From: Heptranchias perlo
Taxonomy: Eukaryota
Direction: 5' to 3'
Assembly (NCBI RefSeq): GCF_035084215.1
Contig: NC_090370.1
Coordinates: forward strand, 7,440,001 to 7,504,000
DNA length: 64,000 bases
The position numbers were made by a program, and so were the translations under genes. Below the pieces are notes generated by a model, which ran no database searches, was not told the origin of the DNA, and was given only the letters and a program-made list of their open reading frames with translations. Position 1 is the first letter of the stretch. Each line of letters begins with the position of its first letter. This document shows, in pieces, positions 54,409 to 64,000 of the stretch.

Positions 54409-57400
54409 ATGCTCAAAACCAAATCCTACACTTCCTCGTCCTTGAGCGGCAGCGGTAACTGGGGCGGCAGCGGGAGATCCTCCGTCTCCAGTATGAGGTC
54501 CTTCGGGTCGCGCACCAGCGGCACGAATGTGGTTATACCCCGCGCACTAAGTATGATCCAAAGTCGCAGTCGGACAAGCTCAGCCGGTAGCCGCATGGCT
54601 GGTTACGGTGGTTACGGTGGTGGTTACGGTGGTTACGGTGGTGGTTACGGTGGTGGTTTCGGTGCCGGTGGCCGGTCCAGCAGCGCCGGTTTCAGTAGCG
54701 GTCTGTCCTCGGGGATGATCCAGGCATCCACTGCCCTTGACCTGAACACCCCTCTCCCCAAAAATGACACCAGCCTGCAGCAGATCCGGGCGGTTGAGAA
54801 GGGCCAGCTCGAGGGGCTCAACAACAGATTTGCCGATTTCATTGACAAGGTAATTTGAAGAGCTCTCTCCAGTCGGTCGTGTTTGTAACCGAGTGTTTTG
54901 TGTCTTTGCCCAATGACCTGGTGTGACTCTGGGAATGGCTCTTCTCACTTGCCTCCCAGTTCAGTTCAAAGCTAACTGTACATTCATTTTACACCGTCAG
55001 GTTCGTAGGCTGGAAGAGAGAAATAAGCAACTGGATGTCAATCTGAAGTTACTGAACGAACAGGGAACTTACAAATCCAACATCGACAAAATGTTCCAGG
55101 ATTACATTGAGAACCTCAAAAGGCAACTGGGAACTCTAGAGCAGGAGAAGCAAAAGTTCGAGTCTGACCTTCTGCAAATGCAAAGTCTAGTTGAGGACTT
55201 TAAGGGCAAGTAAGTGTGGTGCTGCTGATATTTTTATCCCATTTGTTCTGATCCTGTATCGTTTCTCAGGCGAAACAAAGTCCCAGGTTATCACCTTGAC
55301 AAGTTGAGCAGGACCGATCAAAATAATCCGCAGGATACTCAATTATAGTAAACTGAAGGAGTGAAAATAACTGTCTGTACTAGTTACAGTTACATTAGTC
55401 TGTGCTGAGTCTGCCAGTGTTACTGGAGGTCTGGGGAGTACACGATGGGGCAGGAAAGTACCTGAGTATGGTGCTCTGGGGAGTATACAATGGAGCAGAC
55501 AAGTACCTGACTGTGCGATGGGGCAGGAAAGTACCTGAGTATGGTGCTCTGGGGAGCATACAATGGGGCAGGAAAGTACCTGACTGTGCCATGGGGCGGA
55601 GAAGTACCTGAGTGTGGAGATCTGGGGAGTATACAATGGGGCAGGAAAGTACCTGAGTGTGGTGCTCTGGGGAGCACACGATGGAGCAGACAAGTACCTG
55701 AGTGTGCAATGGGGCGGAGAAGTACCTGAGTGTGGTCTTCCAGGGAGTACACGATGGGGCAGGAAAGTGCCTGAGTGTGGAGATCTGGGGAGTACACGAT
55801 GGGGCGGAGAAGTACCTGAGTGTGGAGATCTGGGGAGCACACGATGGGGCGGAGAAGTACCTGAGTGTGGTGATCTGGGGAGCACACGATGGGGCGGAGA
55901 AGTACCTGAGTGTGGTGATCTGGGGAGCACACCATGGGGCGGAGAAGTACCTGAGTGTGGTGATCTGGGGAGCACACCATGGGGCGGAGAAGTACCTGAG
56001 TGTGGTGATCTGGGGAGTACACCATGGGGCAGAGAAGTACCTGAGTGTGGAGATCTGGGGAGTACACGATGGGGCGGAGAAGTACCTGAGTGTGGTGATC
56101 TGGGGAGTACACGATGGGGCGGAGAAGTACCTGAGTGTGGTGATCTGGGGAGTACACCATGGGGCGGAGAAGTACCTGAGTGTGGTGATCTGAGGAGTAC
56201 ACGATGGGGCGGAGAAGTACCTGAGTGTGGTGATCTGGGGAGTACACCATGGGGCGGAGAAGTACCTGAGTGTGGAGATCTGGGGAGTACACGATGGGGC
56301 GGAGAAGTACCTGAGTGTGGTGATCTGGGGAGTACACGATGGGGCGGAGAAGTACCTGAGTGTGGAGGTCTCGGGTGTTGCCTGTTGACTGTGAGCTGTG
56401 GTGAGGGCGGAGTCTCCCAGAGCTTTGCTGAGGTCAGTGACATAGATGAGTTGATTTTGGTAACGGAGGGGTTGGTGGGTTTGGTAAACTGGGGGTCTGG
56501 TCTGAGCAATCCATTCCTTTTAAGCACCAGCAGGACTTCTGCTTCTAAGAGCAAAGGTTGAACATATTTGGGACGGTGTGTATTTTGTGGAGGGAAATGT
56601 ATGAAGAATAGTGCATCCGTGGATGAATAGTTGATATTTCAGGAGTGAGGAAATCGTGGCTCGGTGACGGGGAGCATGGACAGTATTTACTCAGTGTAAG
56701 GGGTTCAGATCAACAACCCTGAATCGGTTTACCATGGAATCGGGGCAGAAAGATTTATCTCCATGGAATTACCAGTAAAATAATCTGTTTGATTCCAGAT
56801 ACGAAGATGAAATTAACAAGCGCACAGAAATGGAAAATGAGTTTGTCCTGGTGAAGAAGGTGAGCATTATTGTATATCTGTCTGCAGGGCCATTGCAAAC
56901 GGATCCCTTGGCAGAGCTTTTCAAAGTACTGTGTCCCTCTCCTCTTTAGGATGTCGATGACTCCTACATGAACAAGGTAGAGCTGGAAGCTAAACTGGAA
57001 AGTCTCACCGATGAAATCGACTTCCTCAGAACAATCTTTGAAGAGGTAAAAATGTGTCACGATCCAAAAGTTGGCCTTTTGCTATTTAATCCAATCCAGA
57101 CTGATCCAATCCAGCTCGAATGCTTCCAATCTCGTTTCAATCTTTCTTTCCCCACCGACCTTTAGGAAATCCGTGAGCTGCAGGCACAGATTCAGAACAC
57201 TGCTGTCAGCGTGGAAGTGGACACCAGCCGCAATCTGAATGTGGACGAGATCGTTTCTCAAGTCAAACTTCAGTACGAATCACTTGCAAGAAACAGCCGT
57301 GCAGAAGCTGACCAATGGAAAGCGACCAAGGTGAGCTGTTTCAAACCCCGATCCCCATGTAACACGTGTATTGATAGGTCCGCACCCGGTGGTGAATTGA

Positions 57401-59566
57401 GAAACCTTTCACTGACCAGTTGCCAATGTTTCATTGCAGATGCAGGAACTGTCCTTGTCATCTGGACAATGTAGTGATGACCTCCGCGGGCTGAAAGCAC
57501 AGATTACTGAGCTGACCAACAAAATCCGTATTCTCAATGGTGATATCGACAATCTTAAGCAGCAGGTAGGTAAAGAACTGAAAGCAAACAGGATATTGGT
57601 ACCAATTGAATAACTGTTGTAAATCCCTCTCTCTCTCTGCGCCCCCCACACCCCCTCATCTCCACACACACAAACACACACACAAATACATCACCCTCCC
57701 TCCCTCCCAAAATGGGCAAGAGACGGTTGAAATATCAGCTCAATCTGGTATATTTCTGTCACACTTGGTCTCTCAGTAATGATTACATTTGGACCTCTCG
57801 AAGGAAACATTGTGATGTGAATCCAATCCCAATCAGCATGCAATCCTCACCGCACGGCTGTCCCCATTTCATTGACATGGGAGAGAAGCAGAGGGTTCGT
57901 CTGCTTTCTGGATGACTCGTTTTGAGCGCTGCTCTGATACTCGAAATGCCGATGAAACTGACCATTAATATTTGTGCCACTCAGCGTATCAAACTGGAGG
58001 CTGCAATCGGAGAAGCTGAGGAGCGCGGTGAGATGTCTCTCAAAGACGCGAGGATTAGGATTGCTGATCTGGAAGCTGCCATCACCAAAGCAAAACAAGA
58101 GATGGTCAACCAAGTCCGCGAATACCAGGAGCTGATGAATGTCAAGCTGGCTCTGGATATTGAAATTACCACCTACAGGAAACTACTGGAGGGAGAGGAG
58201 TCCAGGTAGGACATGGGGCAGTTACAAATTCCAGCCATCACACTGAGTACAGATCAGCGTTTCATATACTGACAGATTACAATCTGTACTTGCATTTTAT
58301 TTGATCTCTATTAATGGGATGAAGGAATGGCAGGGTAGTCTACAATCACTAACTTTGGTTTAAAGGCTGGTTAGTATCTAACCAGACACTAACATCACAG
58401 TCATCCCAGAATGAACACCTGGACGGTGATTAGTTCTTCCTTTTATAGAGCTGGACCAGTAAAGCTCTCCTGATGGCTCAGTGGGTAAAGGCATTGTGGA
58501 ACTGACCAGATGGTCCACCAGGGCAGCAGTTGGGGTGTACAGTTGTGCTCTGTGCCCCGAGCAAGGGAGGGTAAAAGCAGCCAAGAATCCTGTTCCTGAT
58601 TGCTATGCAGTGAGTTCTGCGGGAAGGTATTTTTGTTCCTTCCCCATGGTCAAATAGTCTGCTGGCACTTGCTGAGTGTGCTGACACATGAGGAATGGAC
58701 AATTTGGGTGAGGGGCTGGAGGGTGACTGTGCCCGGCAGAGGTCAATGTTGCTGGGAGGGGGAGAAGATTGGTAAACTGGAGGATAATATGTTTGTGAAT
58801 ATACTGCAAATACCTGTTGTAATGTGAATGTGTTTCCCTTATTAACAGGATAGATTCTGGGATACAAACCATCAGCATCCAGCAAATACAAGGGCAGGGT
58901 AAGAGAACTAATAATTCATAGTTGGGATAAATGGGGAAAACTGGAAATCTGAAACAAAAATGGAAAATTCTGGAAATACATAGTTAACCGCATGAAAAGT
59001 GAAAAGGCAGGTTCTCATTTCAAGTATAGAGCCTTGGGCACAGTGCCTGTGTTCTGATGATTGGTCTGCAGTGCCCCCCGAACCTCAACCTCTCTTTGTT
59101 CTGTTTTCAGAGGCTGACGGACCTGCTGTGTATTTCCAGCACTTTCTGTTCTCATTTTAATAATTCATAATTGTTATCAATGTCGCTGTGTTTAATGATG
59201 AGATTAACAGCTTTTTAATGTCAGGGCAAGAAGCAATTACTTCTAATGCCTGTCCTTTTGATAAGCACTGTGTCGATTGAGTAAGATTTTCATTAGCACT
59301 GTATGAAGAGAATTATTTTTCGTAAAAGAATTGTAGAACCCAGATTTGAAGAAGATTTTTTTTCCTTTACAGGTAATTTGCATCAGTTTGGTTTCAGTGA
59401 TGGATCGTCTGGATATAGTGGTGTGGTTAATCATGGTTTGGAAACTTCTTTGATCAATCGAGGAAGCGTTTCATCCACCTCCAAAACCACTCGAAATGTA
59501 ATTGTGCAGGAAACTGAGCTGGTGAATGGAGTTCCAGTGCTTACAACAAGAAGAACTTTGAACTAA
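54409..59566 (+). CDS. Type II cytoskeletal keratin (K8-like), copy 4, 520 aa, with a different terminal exon (tail B)
   Basis: join(54409..54849,55001..55209,56799..56859,56950..57045,57166..57330,57440..57565,57985..58205,58849..58898,59373..59566). Exon 9 follows ttttttttcctttacag| and reads (G)[69 protein letters not shown] at 60156-60161. Confidence 0.9.
55424..56371. repeat. Intron-2 minisatellite, copy 4, 948 bp
   Basis: Same units; +568 bp relative to copy 1 (12x45+28). Confidence 0.95.
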
Positions 59567-60155
59567 TGTGAACAGAGTCCTATCAATTATTTGTCTCATG
59601 CCTCTATTGCCTTTTTAGGAGTGTTCATCTGCCATCTTAGTCTCGGAGTTCCATTCTGATATTTCTGGCTTTGCATATTTGGGGTAACTTCTTAAAATAC
59701 TGACACTGGTGAATCATCTATTCACTGTCCTTTAAGTCTTGAGGGCTTTGTTGGAGAAGGACTTTTGCCAATCTATTGATATTCATAAAAGTTACTGATC
59801 AGTCTGCCTGACATATACTGCACATCAATTAAATCTACTTGTAACTGTGCCATGTGACACCAGTGGCATTGCATCAGATTAATCGTTGGTTAACAGACAC
59901 GTTTTGGATTAACTTGTGTGAATGACTCAGTAACTCCTTGACCTTCTGTGAGGTTGGTCTGAAAAAGTGGACATCTGCCACTTGAAAGGCCTACATTTTG
60001 AGGTTTGTGGGGAAAGCTGCTTAAGAAACTCACGCTTTATTTGTTGGTTCCTTTAAAATAAGAAATACACCAAAGTTTTCTGCACGGAACTGTTTCATGA
60101 TTCTGTATTTCCTTGTACCAAAGATTGTACTTTCATTATATTCTATGAAAGACTG

Positions 60156-60161
60156 AATAAA
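60156..60161 (+). promoter_or_regulatory. Putative polyadenylation signal of the tail-B keratin
   Basis: actgAATAAAc at the position homologous to the tail-A signal, followed by U/GU-rich downstream sequence. Confidence 0.65.
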
Positions 60162-61567
60162 CATCTTTTCTGCAATTCCAAATTGATGTTTTTTTTGTTC
60201 TGCAAACCTTTCTCTCTGTCTTGTTGCTTCTCCTCCAGCTTCATTTTTCCTCATTATGCTTTGGGTGTCGCACTTTTGTACTTAGTAATTGCTGTGTCAC
60301 ATTTGCACCCGATTGTCCCAAATTTCATATTCATAGAAGAGCACAGCTGAACAGGCAGGGAATATCCCAAGTAAAAACTTGTATAAGATGATGTACAAAA
60401 TCAACGAGGAATCGGTATACCACACTCAATATAAAAACATTTTTGCATGATTTTTGGCTGCCATTTTAGGTTGGCACTTAGTGAGTACCTAAAAAGATAA
60501 GATTTCAAGTCTACATACTTTTTTTTGTTCCAATGTTTTCATGAATGTTGTTCAGAGGCTCGTCTCTCTGTTAGAAACCTGACAGTAAAGGTTTTATCAC
60601 TGCCAGATTACAACTCCTAGAAAAACTACCTATCTGTCTCTTCTTCAGACAAGACAAGGGGGGCAGGGTTCAAACAGGAAGTCATGGCTTGCCCTGATCG
60701 ACTATTCTTGGTATCAATCATATTTTTTAAATTCTGGGGCTTCATTGTCTTTAAAGAAATCCCAGCCAGGACATTTCTAGCTATCTATTAAAGGTTTTAC
60801 ACATTTCCTGTTTTATAATATTTAGTTTTGTACCATCACAATTTGTTGATTAGCAAAACAGCAGCAAATCAGAACTGAGAAGGTACAAAACACAGAAATC
60901 AAAAGTAAGCAAAAAGACTCCAAAATTACTACAAGAAGCGAATAAACTGGAGGTTGAATTCTCAAACAAGGCACGTTGCACACTTAAGATATTATGAGCT
61001 GCTCAATTGTTACAGCACAATTAGATAACAGCAATGATTAGCAGTACTAGTGGTTTGTTTTTTTGAAATGTTCACAAAATGTTTCTTTTGTTAACATTTC
61101 AAAAAAACAAATTGAAGATTCTTTGTGGCTTTCTTTTTCTCAGTGGAAAAATTCAAGAGGTTTCAGTTTGTTTTTCCAAATGATTTAAACCTGGCTGGAA
61201 GATTTAATTTGGGTTATTGGGTTCCTCCCGATTGGTTGCTACCTATGTCAAATCACAATCACTGTCACACTTGCCTCCAGCCACATACAACTGCAGCTAT
61301 CCTGCCATCCACAAACCAGGGCAGCAGCAGAGACTATAATTGACTGCAGTGTCCCTGAAATATGAAAGGGGTATGAAACAGTTGGTGCGCGTGTGCAGCT
61401 GTCACCCCCCTCTCCCTCGCATCAAATAGCCCACTGACACTCATTGCCTAGACTGAAGTGTGCAAAGATTCTGGAGAAAACAAAACCCAAAATAATGACT
61501 ATCTTCAAGAGAGAGAATTGCAATGTAAAACAATACTCGCATACTCGAGTATAAATGATCAATTGAA

Positions 61568-61990
61568 AGAAAGAACTTGCATTTGTACAGCACCTGTCAC
61601 ATCAGCAGGACGTCCCAAAGTGCTTTACAGCAATTAAGTACTTTTGACGTGTAGTCACTGTTATAATGTAGGGAAACATGGCAGCCAATTTGCACACAGC
61701 AAGGCCCCACACACAGCATTGAGATAAATAACCAGATAATCTATTTTAGTGGTATTGGTTGAGCAATAAATGTCGGCCAGGACACCAGAACATCCCTGCT
61801 CTTCTGCAAATAGTCACATAGGGTTAGGGATCTTATACACCCACCTGAGAGGGTTGATAGGTCCTTGATTTAATGTCTCACCCGAAAGACGGCACCTTTG
61901 ACAGTGCAGTACTCCCTCAGTTTATGTGCTTAAGTCGCTGAACCCACCACCTTCTGACTCAGAGGCGAGAGTGAATCCACTGAGGCAAGA
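61568..61990 (-). mobile_element. Deu-domain SINE (SacSINE1/AmnSINE-type)
   Basis: Minus strand has a tRNA-like head, then ctgagggagtactgcactgtcaaaggtgccgtctttcgggtgagacattaaa, gtgtcctggcc, tgctgtgtgcaaattggctgcc and acagtgactacac, and an L2-type tail aaatgcaagttctttc. Family recognised from memory of the Deu core. Confidence 0.7.
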
Positions 61991-62478
61991 CTGACACCCA
62001 GTATCCCTAGAATAGGCTCTGCTATTTGTAACTCTGTAATTAAGTCTGAATATGGCACCGACTCATGAATCAGAACCTGAAAGCTTCTTGTGGTGTTGAA
62101 CCTCATTCCGCATTATTTAAATATTTGCACAAGCACAAAGACAGTTGGTAAACTCAGGTCACTTTGTAATTCGGTGAGTTCCACAAATCTTTCAGTAATT
62201 ATTTGCTTGACAATAAAGAAGACGGAAATAAATATATTCACTCTGAAATCCTGGAAGAACCAGTTAATTCATGAAAGCAGTCACATGAGACCTATCAAGT
62301 TTAATTTATTTCCAGAGACAGTCACTGTTTTTTTAACTAAAGTAACCTGTGTGTCTAATTGCAAAGACAAATAACTCAAGCTCCGGTCACCAGATTGTAA
62401 GATAAATATCTATCGATCCATCCAGAAATAACTATTGTTCCCCTCCATTACAGCATTTAACTGTGTCTTTATTTATTC

Positions 62479-62570
62479 ATTGTAAACAATTTTACAACAC
62501 CAAGTTATAGTCCAGCAATTTTATTTTAAATTCACAAGCTTTCGGAGGCTTCCTCCTTCCTCAGGTAAAT
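62479..62570 (-). mobile_element. Single-arm Penelope-like fragment
   Basis: ttgtaaacaattttacaacaccaagttatagtcca...cacaagctttcggaggcttcctccttcctcaggtaaat, the same subfamily as 10935-11117. Confidence 0.72.
62531..62569 (-). ncRNA. Minimal hammerhead ribozyme motif, independent insertion
   Basis: UUUAC-CUGAGGA-A-GGAG(GAAGC)CUCC-GAAA-GC-UU-GUGAA; stem I UUUAC/GUGAA includes one G-U pair. Confidence 0.65.
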
Positions 62571-62639
62571 GATGCTGTAATGGGGAGAGGGTGATTGTAG
62601 GTTTTTTTTCTGGAGGAATGAGCTATTACATAAACATAA

Positions 62640-63040
62640 AAAAGTAAAAGGATAGTGAGTCAACAAAGGGGTAGGACCACTTAGAATTGAACAGGACCAT
62701 CTTGTAATAGAGAGTGAAGGAATGGCATAGAAGCTTAATAAGTATTTTGCCTCCGTTTTTAACAAGGGGAGGTGAAAGTGGGAGGATAGGAGTATTGGGG
62801 AAGACGTGGAAGACCACTACAGGAGTTAAATCTTAAAAGGAAAGATTTTAAAAAGTTAATGGGGCTGAAAGGAGAAAAGTCACTCGGCCCAGATTATTGA
62901 AGGAGGTTGGGAAGAGATAACAAAGGCACCAACCATAATTTTCCAAATATCTTTGGAACCAGGAATGGAAGGACTGGAGGGCAGTAGATATTAAACTACT
63001 GTTTAAAGAAAGGAAATGGGATAAACCAGGAAATTATAAT
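62640..63040 (+). mobile_element. Decayed CR1 ORF2 fragment
   Basis: Remnants LNKYFASVF, IIFQISLEPG, EDWR and DKPGNY. Confidence 0.55.
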
Positions 63041-63054
63041 ATCAACATTAACAA

Positions 63055-64000
63055 CTTGGTCAAAGAGGTGGGTTTTCAGGAGAGTCTTAAAGGACAAGAG
63101 GGAGTTGGAGAGGCATAGGGGTTTAGGGAGGAAATCTCAGAGCGTGATGCCTAGACAGCTGAAGGAACAGCGGCCAATGGTGGGGCGAAGAGAGGGGGGG
63201 AATGCACAAGAGATCAGAGGAACAGAGAGTCTCGGGGGTGGGGGGGTGGATATTGTAGGGCTGGAAGAGTTTATCGAGCTAGAGAGAGGTGAAATCATGA
63301 AAGGATTTAAACATGAGAATGAAAATTTTAAATTTGAGATGTTAGAGGACAAGAAATCGATGTAAGTCAACAAGGACAGGAGAGATGGGTGAGCGCAACT
63401 TGGTGCGGGACAGGATACGGGCAGCAGAGTTTTGGATGAGCTGAAGTTTATGGAGGGTGGAAGATGGGAGGTTGGCCAGGAGAGCATTGGAATATCGCGT
63501 TTGGAAGTGACAAGGGCATGGATAAGGGTTTCAGCGGCAGATAGGCTGAGGTAGGGGCAGAGTCGGGTGATGTTACGGAGATGGAAGCAGGAGGTCTTTG
63601 TGATGGAAAGGATCTGGAGTTGGAAGCTCAACTCAGGGTCGAATAGGACACCGAGATTGCGAAGATTCTGGGTCAAAAGACAGTAGCTGGGAAGGGGGAT
63701 GGAATTGGAGGTAAGGGTACAGAATTTATGGCACGGATGGATTTGTTCTTTCAAACATTTAGCTGAAGGAAACTGCGACTCATCCAAGACTAGATATTAT
63801 ACTGGCATTCTGACAGCACAGAGGCAGTGGAGAGGTCAAGAGAGATGGCGTAAAGGTAGAGCTGGGTGTCATCAGCGTGCATGTGGAATCTGACCCCATG
63901 TCTGCAGATAATGTCGCCAAGGGCTGCATGTAGATGAGGAAGAGGATGGGGTCAAGAATAGATCCTTGGGGAGCTCCAGTGGTAACAGTGTGGGCGCAGG
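63055..64000 (-). mobile_element. L2-clade LINE fragment running off the window end
   Basis: Minus-strand HMHADDTQLY, RNLGVLFDPELSFQLQILSITKTSCFHLRNITRLCPYLSLSAAETLIHALVTS and RPTIGRCSFSCLG. Confidence 0.8.

Larger units (their letters stand above)
1..59247. repeat. Tandem segmental duplication array, ~14.4-kb unit, four full units plus the end of a fifth
   Basis: Units are delimited at ...gcaattacttctaat|: 196-15776, 15777-30186, 30187-44592, 44593-59247. Bases 1-195 are the end of a further upstream unit. The same ORFs recur in each unit; ATG spacing is 14066/14416/14420 nt. Confidence 0.97.

Noticed and set aside
55343-56561. Long repetitive ORFs (403, 315 and 305 aa; also at 12.5, 26.5 and 41 kb)
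   Set aside because: Translations of a 45-bp minisatellite (a multiple of 3, stop-poor) inside keratin intron 2. They are open on both strands and change frame between copies.
1-59247. The array as a pure assembly artefact
   Set aside because: Considered unlikely because each unit has its own indels, a distinct VNTR allele and, in one case, a unique CR1 insertion, giving more than two haplotypes. Read depth is still needed to exclude it fully.
59303-59566. 87-aa ORF as an independent small gene
   Set aside because: Its 3' part is the in-phase terminal keratin exon after a strong acceptor at 59372; the 5' part is intron.
60300-61560. Short ORFs in the unique AT-rich region
   Set aside because: No recognisable domains, splice-consistent exons or keratin similarity; treated as intergenic.

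Overview
Vertebrate genomic DNA. The CR1, L2, Penelope and Deu-SINE repeat families suggest a cartilaginous fish (inference). Positions 1-59247 are a young head-to-tail tandem array of ~14.4-kb units that look near-identical by eye. Each unit carries a 9-exon type II (K8-like) keratin gene on the + strand with canonical exon sizes (441/209/61/96/165/126/221/50/188 nt CDS) and GT-AG introns. The window holds the last exon of one copy and four complete, intact copies. The array ends abruptly inside intron 8 of the last copy (59247), and that copy splices to a different, older paralogous tail exon and 3'UTR. The simplest reading is that the internal copies are chimeras: head and rod of one keratin fused to the tail exon of its upstream neighbour, then amplified. 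Other features are a G-rich 45/28-bp intron-2 VNTR of different length in every copy, palindromic Penelope-like inserts with minimal hammerhead ribozyme cores, a young CR1 insertion found in one unit only, and nested decayed LINEs and SINEs. Unique sequence resumes at 59248.
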